Origin: an uncultured Bacilli bacterium
GTDB lineage: Bacteria > Bacillota_I > Bacilli_A > RF39 > UBA660
DNA: 64,000 nt
Assembly (NCBI GenBank): GCA_934155185.1
Contig: CAKPGT010000004.1
Location: 31,910 to 95,909, forward strand
Direction: 5' to 3'
Below are positions 1 to 6,971 of the stretch, in pieces. The notes beneath the pieces were generated by a model. It did not search any database. It saw nothing but the letters and a program-made list of their open reading frames with translations, and was not told the origin of the DNA. A program made the position numbers and the translations under genes. The stretch's first letter is position 1. Every line of letters begins with the position of its first letter.

Positions 1-1
1 G

Positions 2-319
2 CTTAACTCTAAGTACTTTTCTGATGCTGTGAAGGTTTGCAGGAGGTATCAAAAGGATTATGATAAATTAATAATAATAGCAGGTGCATGCCAGTCGGAA
101 TATGAAAAACTAATCAAGGCTGGAGCTAATTTCGCCTCTAGTCCTAAAAAAATAAACATTCATGCATTAGACCCTGCAATAATAGCACTTTCTCTAAGTT
201 TAACAGATAAGAATAAAAACGTTGATTTACTTGATTTGCTTTCTAAAACCAGTGCCGGAAAAGACGGTTTTGGTGGTGTAAATACACATGGAGTAATGAC
301 TACTGGGTATCCAAGATAA
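2..319 (+). CDS. yabG: sporulation-specific protease YabG, C-terminal fragment (5-prime end outside window)
   Basis: Frame is open from the window edge. LIIIAGACQSEYEKLIKAGANFASSPKKINIHALDP...GFGGVNTHGVMTTGYPR parallels the conserved C-terminal block of Bacillus subtilis YabG as I recall it (AGACQS..L..AGANFASSP..VNIHALDP). It lies directly upstream of veg, as in Bacillus. Confidence 0.75.
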   Translation, partial: LNSKYFSDAVKVCRRYQKDYDKLIIIAGACQSEYEKLIKAGANFASSPKKINIHALDPAIIALSLSLTDKNKNVDLLDLLSKTSAGKDGFGGVNTHGVMTTGYPR

Positions 320-333
320 GGAGACTATAAATT

Positions 334-537
334 ATGATATCTGAGATAAAAAAGCAAATAAATAATTTAAAGGGTAAAAAAATTAAAATAATAGTCGATG
401 TAGGTAGAAATAAAAAAGAAAGTTACGAGGGAAGAATCTTAAATACTTATCAAAATGTATGGACATTTAAGACTGAAACTGATTTAAAGAGTTTTGGATA
501 TAATGATATTCTTATTAATAATGTTGTTATATTTTAA
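334..537 (+). CDS. veg: Veg (DUF1021) small protein
   Basis: 67-aa product with a Veg-like pattern (IKKQINNLKGKKIKIIVDVGRNKKESYEGRILNTYQNVWTF...YNDIL). AAGGAGA Shine-Dalgarno upstream. Follows yabG. Confidence 0.8.
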   Translation: MISEIKKQINNLKGKKIKIIVDVGRNKKESYEGRILNTYQNVWTFKTETDLKSFGYNDILINNVVIF

Positions 538-554
538 ATTATTGATATATATTA

Positions 555-589
555 CTAATTATTAGAAAAACTGATAATTAGTTTTTTTT
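555..589 (+). terminator. AT-rich rho-independent terminator after veg (lies inside direct-repeat copy 1)
   Basis: CTAATTAT (555-562) pairs with ATAATTAG (574-581), followed by T8 (582-589). Confidence 0.5.
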
Positions 590-657
590 ATGTTTAAATT
601 ATATTGCCTCTATTTATGAAAACTTATATACCATATTATTTAATATAAATTAAATTT
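557..657. repeat. direct repeat copy 1 (about 101 bp) flanking the rSAM cassette
   Basis: Hand alignment with 2631-2730 gives about 4 mismatches plus one 1-nt indel. Both copies contain aattattagaaaaactgataattag...tttaaattatattgcctct...aaaacttatataccatattatttaatataaattaaattt. Confidence 0.85.
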
Positions 658-667
658 GATTTAGCGT

Positions 668-712
668 TTTTGATAAAAATATGTTGACATTTATCAAAAT
701 AGGATGTATTTT
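668..712 (+). promoter_or_regulatory. sigma-A-type promoter with a perfect 10-bp inverted repeat embracing the -35 (candidate operator)
   Basis: TTGACA (684-689), 17-nt spacer, TATTTT (707-712). TTTTGATAAA (668-677) and TTTATCAAAA (690-699) are exact reverse complements flanking the -35. Confidence 0.45.
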
Positions 713-803
713 AAGTTTAATGAAATTGTATATAGACATAGGTATAAAAATAATTTTGGTAATTAACCTTTTCTATATTTATTGATTTTTTATAAAAAAA
801 TTT

Positions 804-852
804 AAGGCAGTAACTTTTAGAGACAATTAGTCTTTTAGGTTGCTGCCTTTTG
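804..852. terminator. long stem-loop with flanking A-run and T-run in the leader of the rSAM gene (attenuator, bidirectional terminator or sRNA 3-prime end)
   Basis: AAGGCAGTAAC..AGAGAC-AATTA-GTCTTT..GTTGCTGCCTT forms a stem of about 20 bp with a few G-U pairs and a small bulge. It is followed by TTTGTT and preceded by AAAAAAATTT. It ends 50 nt before the ATG at 902. Confidence 0.5.
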
Positions 853-901
853 TTATATAAGAAGAATTATAAAGAGTTTTGAAAAATGTTGGAGGTGTGT
901 C

Positions 902-2449
902 ATGAATTTAGTTTTACCATGTAAAAAATATGAGAAAGGGTATTATGAACTAGTGAATAGTGCCATAAAAAATAAAGATGTATTAGAGATGGGAAATGCA
1001 TATAGAAATGGTGAAAGTTATCAAGATATGTTAAATAGGTTAAAGGATAGACGTAATGGTATAGGAATTCCAAACAGAGATGTTCCCGCTACTGTTTATT
1101 TCATAATAGATAATCATAAAGTTGTTGGAACAATTGATTTAAGACATAAATTAAATGACAATTATTTTTCTAGGCTGGGTCATGTTGCATATTATATAAA
1201 ACCTGAAGAAAGAAAAAAAGGTTATGCAACTAAAGCACTATCATTAGCTATGAAAAAGTATAAAAAGCATAAAATGAAAAATATATTAATTACTTGTTTT
1301 GAAGATAATTATGCGTCAAGAAAAGTTATAGAAAAAAATGGCGGTAAATTTGAGAAAACATTTTATGACGATGTTACCCAAAAATATATTCAAAGATTTT
1401 GGATTAATATTATTAATGATGAAAATGTAATTCCCAATACCGTATGGTTAACAACCAATATGACTTGTAATAACAATTGTAAATGGTGTTATGCAAAAAA
1501 GTATTTAAAAATAAATAGAAATATGTCGTATCAAAATGTTAAAAAGTATGTTTCTTATTTGAAAGGTATTGGTATAAAAAAGATAATCTTAATAGGCGGA
1601 GAACCAAGTATACATCCTGACATTTTAAAGATAATTAGATATATATCTAGAAATAATATCAAAGTGTCTATGGCAACTAATGGTAGAAAATTTGAAGATA
1701 TAGAATTTTGCAAAAGAGCGTATGAAGCAGGTTTATATAGCATTAATATATCAATAAAAGGTTCAAATGAAGAAGAATATATGATAAATACTAATAGTAA
1801 TGGATTTCTTGAAACTATAAAAGGATATGAAAATGCTAGTTATTGTGGAATTAAAACTAGTTTATCCTATGTTTTATGCAATACTGATACAAAAAAGTTT
1901 GATAATTTTTGGAAAGTTGTAAAAGAGCATCATCTAAATAACATTCTTTTTCAACTTTATAAGCCATCAGCGGAAGATGAAAACCAGATTATTTCTATTG
2001 AAGAGCTTTCAATACTATGTAAGTACGTATATGATAAAATTTATAAAGATGAAATTAACTTTGTTTTTGAAATGTCAATACCATTATGCTCTTTAGATAA
2101 GAATATGCTTACTCATATGATACTTAAAAATAGAATAATAACTTGCTGTCATATAACAAAAGGCACTGGTATGGTTTTTGATCCTGATTTTAATATATTA
2201 CCATGCAATCATTTTATGGGACATCCTTTAAATGACACTAATATTGAATTAGATAAATTAATTGAATTTTGGAATTCGGATGATATTAAGCAATTTAGAA
2301 AGATAATAGGAAAGTATCCTTCTGAAATATGTTCTAGATGTAAAAAATGGTATCAATGTGGTGGTGGATGTGCTATAAGGTGGTTATCATCTAATCCGTC
2401 TGAAGCCATAAATGATAAATATGTTTATACAAGGGAGGTGAGAAAATGA
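902..2449 (+). CDS. fusion protein: N-terminal GNAT (COG3981-like) acetyltransferase domain plus radical SAM/SPASM domain peptide-maturase-like enzyme
   Basis: GGAGGTG SD. Residues 1-170 show GNAT hallmarks (RLGHVAYYIKPEERKKGYATKAL; ITCFEDNYASRKVIEKNGGKFE). The radical SAM cluster motif is C189-x3-C193-x2-C196 (TTNMTCNNNCKWCY, nt 1466-1489). The C-terminal SPASM motif is C477-x2-C480-x5-C486-x3-C490 (CSRCKKWYQCGGGC, nt 2330-2371), with additional upstream Cys (CCHITKGTG...LPC). Confidence 0.85.
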   Translation: MNLVLPCKKYEKGYYELVNSAIKNKDVLEMGNAYRNGESYQDMLNRLKDRRNGIGIPNRDVPATVYFIIDNHKVVGTIDLRHKLNDNYFSRLGHVAYYIKPEERKKGYATKALSLAMKKYKKHKMKNILITCFEDNYASRKVIEKNGGKFEKTFYDDVTQKYIQRFWINIINDENVIPNTVWLTTNMTCNNNCKWCYAKKYLKINRNMSYQNVKKYVSYLKGIGIKKIILIGGEPSIHPDILKIIRYISRNNIKVSMATNGRKFEDIEFCKRAYEAGLYSINISIKGSNEEEYMINTNSNGFLETIKGYENASYCGIKTSLSYVLCNTDTKKFDNFWKVVKEHHLNNILFQLYKPSAEDENQIISIEELSILCKYVYDKIYKDEINFVFEMSIPLCSLDKNMLTHMILKNRIITCCHITKGTGMVFDPDFNILPCNHFMGHPLNDTNIELDKLIEFWNSDDIKQFRKIIGKYPSEICSRCKKWYQCGGGCAIRWLSSNPSEAINDKYVYTREVRK

Positions 2450-2595
2450 CAGCGCTAGAATTAGTAAAGAAAAAAATAACCAATTCTGGTCTTGATTCAT
2501 CGGAAACGATTGGATTATCTTCTACATATCAAATAAGTGATCTTGACTGTGACTGTGTAGATGGAGACTACTCCACTGATGGTTATGAATCTTAA
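2446..2595 (+). CDS. 49-aa candidate RiPP precursor peptide (below the 60-aa cutoff of the ORF track)
   Basis: The ATG at 2446 overlaps the TGA of the rSAM gene (ATGA). AAGGGAGGTG SD at 2431-2440. My translation is MTALELVKKKITNSGLDSSETIGLSSTYQISDLDCDCVDGDYSTDGYES. A terminator hairpin follows at 2608-2630. Confidence 0.7.
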   Translation: MTALELVKKKITNSGLDSSETIGLSSTYQISDLDCDCVDGDYSTDGYES

Positions 2596-2607
2596 TGATA
2601 CAAAATT

Positions 2608-2630
2608 AAAACAGGCAAATGTCCTGTTTT
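2608..2630 (+). terminator. rho-independent terminator after the precursor ORF
   Basis: AAAACAGG (2608-2615) pairs with CCTGTTTT (2623-2630) around a 7-nt loop. The terminator-like hairpin of repeat copy 2 follows immediately. Confidence 0.6.
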
Positions 2631-2730
2631 AATTATTAGAAAAACTGATAATTAGTTTTTTAATGTTTAAATTATATTGCCTCTTTTCATAAAAACTTAT
2701 ATACCATATTATTTAATATAAATTAAATTT
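2631..2730. repeat. direct repeat copy 2 (about 100 bp)
   Basis: See copy 1. Same orientation, roughly 95 percent identical by hand alignment. Confidence 0.85.
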
Positions 2731-2807
2731 TTATGTCAGATTTATTGATTTTTAATCATATTTGTGATTAAATTAAACTGTATTATAATATACTGGAGGG
2801 ACATATT

Positions 2808-5800
2808 ATGAAGTCTAGAATAAATGTTGAGAAAATTAAAAATAACATTATAATAGGATGGATAAAGTTCAAAAACTTAGTTAAGGAACATAAATATATT
2901 TCATCAGTTTTGGGTTTGTTTTTAATTTCTTGTATAATAGGTTTAGCAGTTTATGCTCAAGAAGATGAATATGCGGGAAAAATTGCAGCTGAAATAAATG
3001 AAATTGAAACTTATACAATAAACGAAAGTGGCGTACTAGGTAAAAGTGAAACAGTATACAGTTTTGATACAATTGTATTTGGTGTAAAATACTACTTAAA
3101 TGGCGCTTTACCAAGCGGTGCTACATTATCAAGGGATGCTATTATTGAAGCTACAGTTGATACCGAAGATGTTGATGTATATTGGTACCATATGGATCAA
3201 GATGATGGCAATTATGAAATAGGAAGTAATAAAGTTAAGGTAGAAATGTATGATAAAGCAGTAGGAACCAATAACAGTTCGTTAAATGAGATAAAATTAT
3301 ATTTAAAAGTTAATAATGTAGAAAATGATAAAGAGATAAGTGTTACTATTAAAGTATATGAATCCACTTCTGAAGAAAAATCAAATAGTAAAAGGAAAAG
3401 TTTTAAAGTTAGTAGTACTCTTCAACCTTTAACAGCTAAAATAAGAAATGGCAGTGCATATAAAAAAGATGAATTTAAAGGAAGATATGTTCCTTATGGT
3501 ATATTACTTGGTTTTGAAGGTGATTCTTTAAAAGGCAAATATTTTTCAAAGACTGAAATAATATTAGAGGCATCGCAGGAATTAAATGGCCAAATTCAAC
3601 AGCTTTCGTTAGATACAACCGATGACTATTATGGCGTTTATGACAAAGATAAAAAATTATTGTCAAATTTTCCAAACGGAAAATATGATGATACAGACAG
3701 CTCGGTTAAGGACTCGGGCAGTGTTTTATTAGAAAAGTTAGAAAGTGAAACCAAATCTAGCCAAATACAAGAAAAAAAATCGAGTCCATTATATTTACTA
3801 GGCGATAAAAGCATAATTTTGGAAGTTGGTGAGGAATATAATGATCCAGGCGTTAGTTTATCAAACAAAGGGACAGCGCTAGGTAATGACAAGTATAAGA
3901 CGATTTTCAAAAATTCTGAAAACAAAGAAATAAGTGATTATAATGCGATGGTTTCAAAGGAAGGCACGTATAAAATAGGCTATGTATATGAGAATGGCCC
4001 ATCTAAAACAACAATATATAGAAATGTTGAAGTTATAGCTAGCAGCGGCGATAAAAGCGTTAGTGTTGATGGCAATACATATTCTCTTAATGGCAACACC
4101 AACATTAACTTAATAAAAGGTGAAAAATACGAAGAACCAGGAATATTAAAAAATGGCAAACGTATTGAAGATATGAATAGTGACAACGGTGTTACTATTG
4201 AAATTACAAAAGATGATAATATCGAAACTGCTGGTGGCAAAATTATATATACAATTATTTCAAAGAATAATTCATCAACTCAGAAGCTTCTAAAAAGAAA
4301 TGTAAATGTTATAGAGAAAGTTGGTGAAGTTGGTGTAGATGAGAAAGTATTAAATGCTTCAACAGTTGAGCAATGTACTGGTGCAGAATGTAAAATTAGT
4401 TATTATAAAGATAATGAAGAAATCAAGGATATTTCGTCTGTTCAATCAGGAACTTATGATGTTGAATATAAGCTATCAAATGAAGATTACGAAGTTGTAA
4501 TTAGAAGTACGATGACGATTGAAAAGAAAGTTCAGTACAAATTAAAGATTGATAATATAAAAACAGATGATATATATTATAAAGATAATAATTTTATAGC
4601 ATTAGGTGCTTACTTTGTTAATGTAATGTCAGAAAGACCGGAGGGTAATACCAATGATATTCCTGTCTCATTAAAGATAGTTAAGATAGGTAGTACGGAA
4701 GCTGATATTACTTCGGTACCTTCAATTAATCTAAACGTTTCCGAAGGAACAAAAACTAGTACGTTAGATTTTTATACTGGAGATGAAGACAGCATAGATT
4801 TGTTAGACAATGGTAGTTATTTAGCGTACGGAGAAGAGACAATATTAAGATCACAATTTAGCTATTCAAAAGATGGTGATAATACTATAAAAAGTTTATC
4901 AGTCAAAGTTCCTGTAAATACTGGTGATAATCAATTTTCAATGGTAGAATACTCAACAGATTCTGAATCGCCTGCATATGATGTTAATTATAATGTAAAG
5001 GTAGAATATTATGATAAAGACGGAAAAACGGTAAAGTTCAGTGATGAGACATTAGCTTATATTATATATACAGCTGAAGGTGTATCACCGGGAACAAATA
5101 TCGACTTTAGAGTAAGACTTAAGGTCAATAGTATAAACCATGGTAAATCTGTTAAATTATCAGGTGCTACATGTAGTGCAGATGGAAAAAATATCAATGT
5201 TGATATTAAACAAACATTAAATATAACTTCATTTAAAGCTAGAACTACTATTTCAGTGGATGGTAATGAATCTGATATTGAAGTCGATGGTTCTAAAAAG
5301 TCAACATGGACAATATATCCTACAGTGTCAAGACCTGCTTCAGTAATTAATACTCAAGTCGCTGGTACGAACCAACTAGATTATGTTAATATAACTGTGG
5401 AACTTCCAGAAGGAATAAATTATGTATACAATGATGAATATGATAAGCCTACTATAACAGAAAATGGAAGAAAGTTAACTTATAAAATACTAGGCAAAAA
5501 AATTAACGATTGGTTTGAACCTATATATTTTGATACAAATTATGATATTAATATTGAAAATGGTAAAAAATTAACTGTAAAATCTATAATTGATGCTACA
5601 ACTAAGGATGAAACACCTATTACTGACATATCTAGTGAAGCTCTAAGAACAACTAGTCGAAGCGTTATATTCCAAAATGTCAATAACATAAGATTTTCAC
5701 TTACAACGGATTATAGTGCGGTCTCTAAAAACCAGCCTTTTACTTTTTCTTCAAATGTGTATAATTCACAATCAGAAAATACCAGTACGGTTATAATTCT

Positions 5801-6971
5801 TCCTTATAATGAGGATATTGAAGGTAGTAAAAAGTTTAATGGAACATACTCTTTAGATTTATCAAGTATTTCATCTAATAAAGAAGTGTATTGTACTAAA
5901 GAAAATTCATCAAATATGGTAACCAATTCTGACAGCCTAGCATCCTCTGAAATATGGAATACATGTGATGATTATAGTGGTGTGACAGCAATTAAGATTG
6001 TTGGTTCGGATAATACAATGAAAAATATTATTAAGATTATTCCGGAAAATAATAAATCAGATGATAATTACGAAATCAGAGCTTACTTATATGATAATGG
6101 ATTAAAAAAAGTTTCTGATAAAAAAACAAATGTTAGTGTAATAAGTAAAAAAATAACTGGTATTGTTTGGGAAGATTTTGATGATAATGGTATAATGGAT
6201 ATAGATGAGTCTATGGTTTCTGATGTTATATTAAAATTATATAATGCAGAGACTGACGAATATATTAATCAAACTGTTTCAGATGTAAAAGGACAATACA
6301 CCTTATCGGATTTGGAGCCTGGAAAGTATTATATTAGTGCAGAATTTAATACAGCTAAATATGGATTAACCCAGTATAGGGCTAGCGAAAATAAATCCGA
6401 AACATCGTCATTTAAAACAAGTTCTTCAGATTATATTACAGATGAAATAGAAATTACTAATAATACAAGAACAATTAATAATATAAACTTAGGATTATCA
6501 TTGAAGAAGGTATACAAGCTAAAATTATCTAAGTATGTAAACAAAGTAATTATTACTGATAAACTTGGAATACCTTCAACGAGAGACTTTAATAATGTGA
6601 CACTTGCAAAAGTAGATGTTAAAGATTTTGCTAATGTGAAAATGAAGGTAGTATATGTATTAGAATTAGAAAACATTGGATATTATCCTGGTTATGTTTA
6701 TAGAATAAAAGATTATATTCCAGATGGCATGACATTTAATGCGGAATATGAAGAAAATACGGGCTGGGAGTTAAATGAAGATGGATATCTTGAAAACAAT
6801 ACACTATCAGATGAGTTGATATATGGTGGTCAAAAAAAATATTTAACTATAGCATTTGATGTTACAAGAAAAGAGGCCGGCTCATTTATTAATTATGCTG
6901 AAGTAAATGATGATGATTTGTTTATTTTAAGTAGTGAAACAGGCGAAGATGGAGATGATAGTAATGAATAA
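2808..6971 (+). CDS. 1387-aa secreted or cell-surface multidomain protein (Ig-like DUF5011-type repeats, SdrD-B/Cna-B-like domain, DUF11-like C-terminal domain); no C-terminal anchor seen
   Basis: GGAGGG SD. N-terminal hydrophobic segment YISSVLGLFLISCIIGLAVYA. GEEYNDPGVSL and GEKYEEPGILK resemble DUF5011 Ig-like repeats. ITGIVWEDFDDNGIMDIDE...VSDVKGQYTLSDLEPGKYYISAEF resembles the SD-repeat B/Cna-B fold. VVYVLELENIGYYPGYVYRIKDYIPDGMTF...NYAEV resembles DUF11. It ends in an acidic tail with no LPXTG or TM segment. Confidence 0.8.
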   Translation: MKSRINVEKIKNNIIIGWIKFKNLVKEHKYISSVLGLFLISCIIGLAVYAQEDEYAGKIAAEINEIETYTINESGVLGKSETVYSFDTIVFGVKYYLNGALPSGATLSRDAIIEATVDTEDVDVYWYHMDQDDGNYEIGSNKVKVEMYDKAVGTNNSSLNEIKLYLKVNNVENDKEISVTIKVYESTSEEKSNSKRKSFKVSSTLQPLTAKIRNGSAYKKDEFKGRYVPYGILLGFEGDSLKGKYFSKTEIILEASQELNGQIQQLSLDTTDDYYGVYDKDKKLLSNFPNGKYDDTDSSVKDSGSVLLEKLESETKSSQIQEKKSSPLYLLGDKSIILEVGEEYNDPGVSLSNKGTALGNDKYKTIFKNSENKEISDYNAMVSKEGTYKIGYVYENGPSKTTIYRNVEVIASSGDKSVSVDGNTYSLNGNTNINLIKGEKYEEPGILKNGKRIEDMNSDNGVTIEITKDDNIETAGGKIIYTIISKNNSSTQKLLKRNVNVIEKVGEVGVDEKVLNASTVEQCTGAECKISYYKDNEEIKDISSVQSGTYDVEYKLSNEDYEVVIRSTMTIEKKVQYKLKIDNIKTDDIYYKDNNFIALGAYFVNVMSERPEGNTNDIPVSLKIVKIGSTEADITSVPSINLNVSEGTKTSTLDFYTGDEDSIDLLDNGSYLAYGEETILRSQFSYSKDGDNTIKSLSVKVPVNTGDNQFSMVEYSTDSESPAYDVNYNVKVEYYDKDGKTVKFSDETLAYIIYTAEGVSPGTNIDFRVRLKVNSINHGKSVKLSGATCSADGKNINVDIKQTLNITSFKARTTISVDGNESDIEVDGSKKSTWTIYPTVSRPASVINTQVAGTNQLDYVNITVELPEGINYVYNDEYDKPTITENGRKLTYKILGKKINDWFEPIYFDTNYDINIENGKKLTVKSIIDATTKDETPITDISSEALRTTSRSVIFQNVNNIRFSLTTDYSAVSKNQPFTFSSNVYNSQSENTSTVIILPYNEDIEGSKKFNGTYSLDLSSISSNKEVYCTKENSSNMVTNSDSLASSEIWNTCDDYSGVTAIKIVGSDNTMKNIIKIIPENNKSDDNYEIRAYLYDNGLKKVSDKKTNVSVISKKITGIVWEDFDDNGIMDIDESMVSDVILKLYNAETDEYINQTVSDVKGQYTLSDLEPGKYYISAEFNTAKYGLTQYRASENKSETSSFKTSSSDYITDEIEITNNTRTINNINLGLSLKKVYKLKLSKYVNKVIITDKLGIPSTRDFNNVTLAKVDVKDFANVKMKVVYVLELENIGYYPGYVYRIKDYIPDGMTFNAEYEENTGWELNEDGYLENNTLSDELIYGGQKKYLTIAFDVTRKEAGSFINYAEVNDDDLFILSSETGEDGDDSNE

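Noticed and set aside
720-785. 21-codon ORF (MKLYIDIGIKIILVINLFYIY) in the leader of the rSAM gene, considered as a leader peptide or second precursor
   Set aside because: There is no Shine-Dalgarno upstream (TTTTAAGTTTAATG). The hydrophobic AT-codon composition is expected by chance, and it has no resemblance to the 49-aa peptide.
902-2449. Interpretation of the GNAT plus radical SAM protein as an Elp3-like tRNA-modifying enzyme
   Set aside because: Elp3 has the opposite domain order (radical SAM N-terminal, GNAT C-terminal) and lacks a SPASM auxiliary-cluster motif. The coupled small ORF also points to peptide maturation.
6934-6963. Upstream ATG (6934) as the start of the anchored adhesin
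   Set aside because: It would add MKQAKMEMIV ahead of a textbook signal peptide that begins at the ATG at 6964. The latter gives the usual n-region (MNNKAKK), h-region and AxA-like cleavage site.
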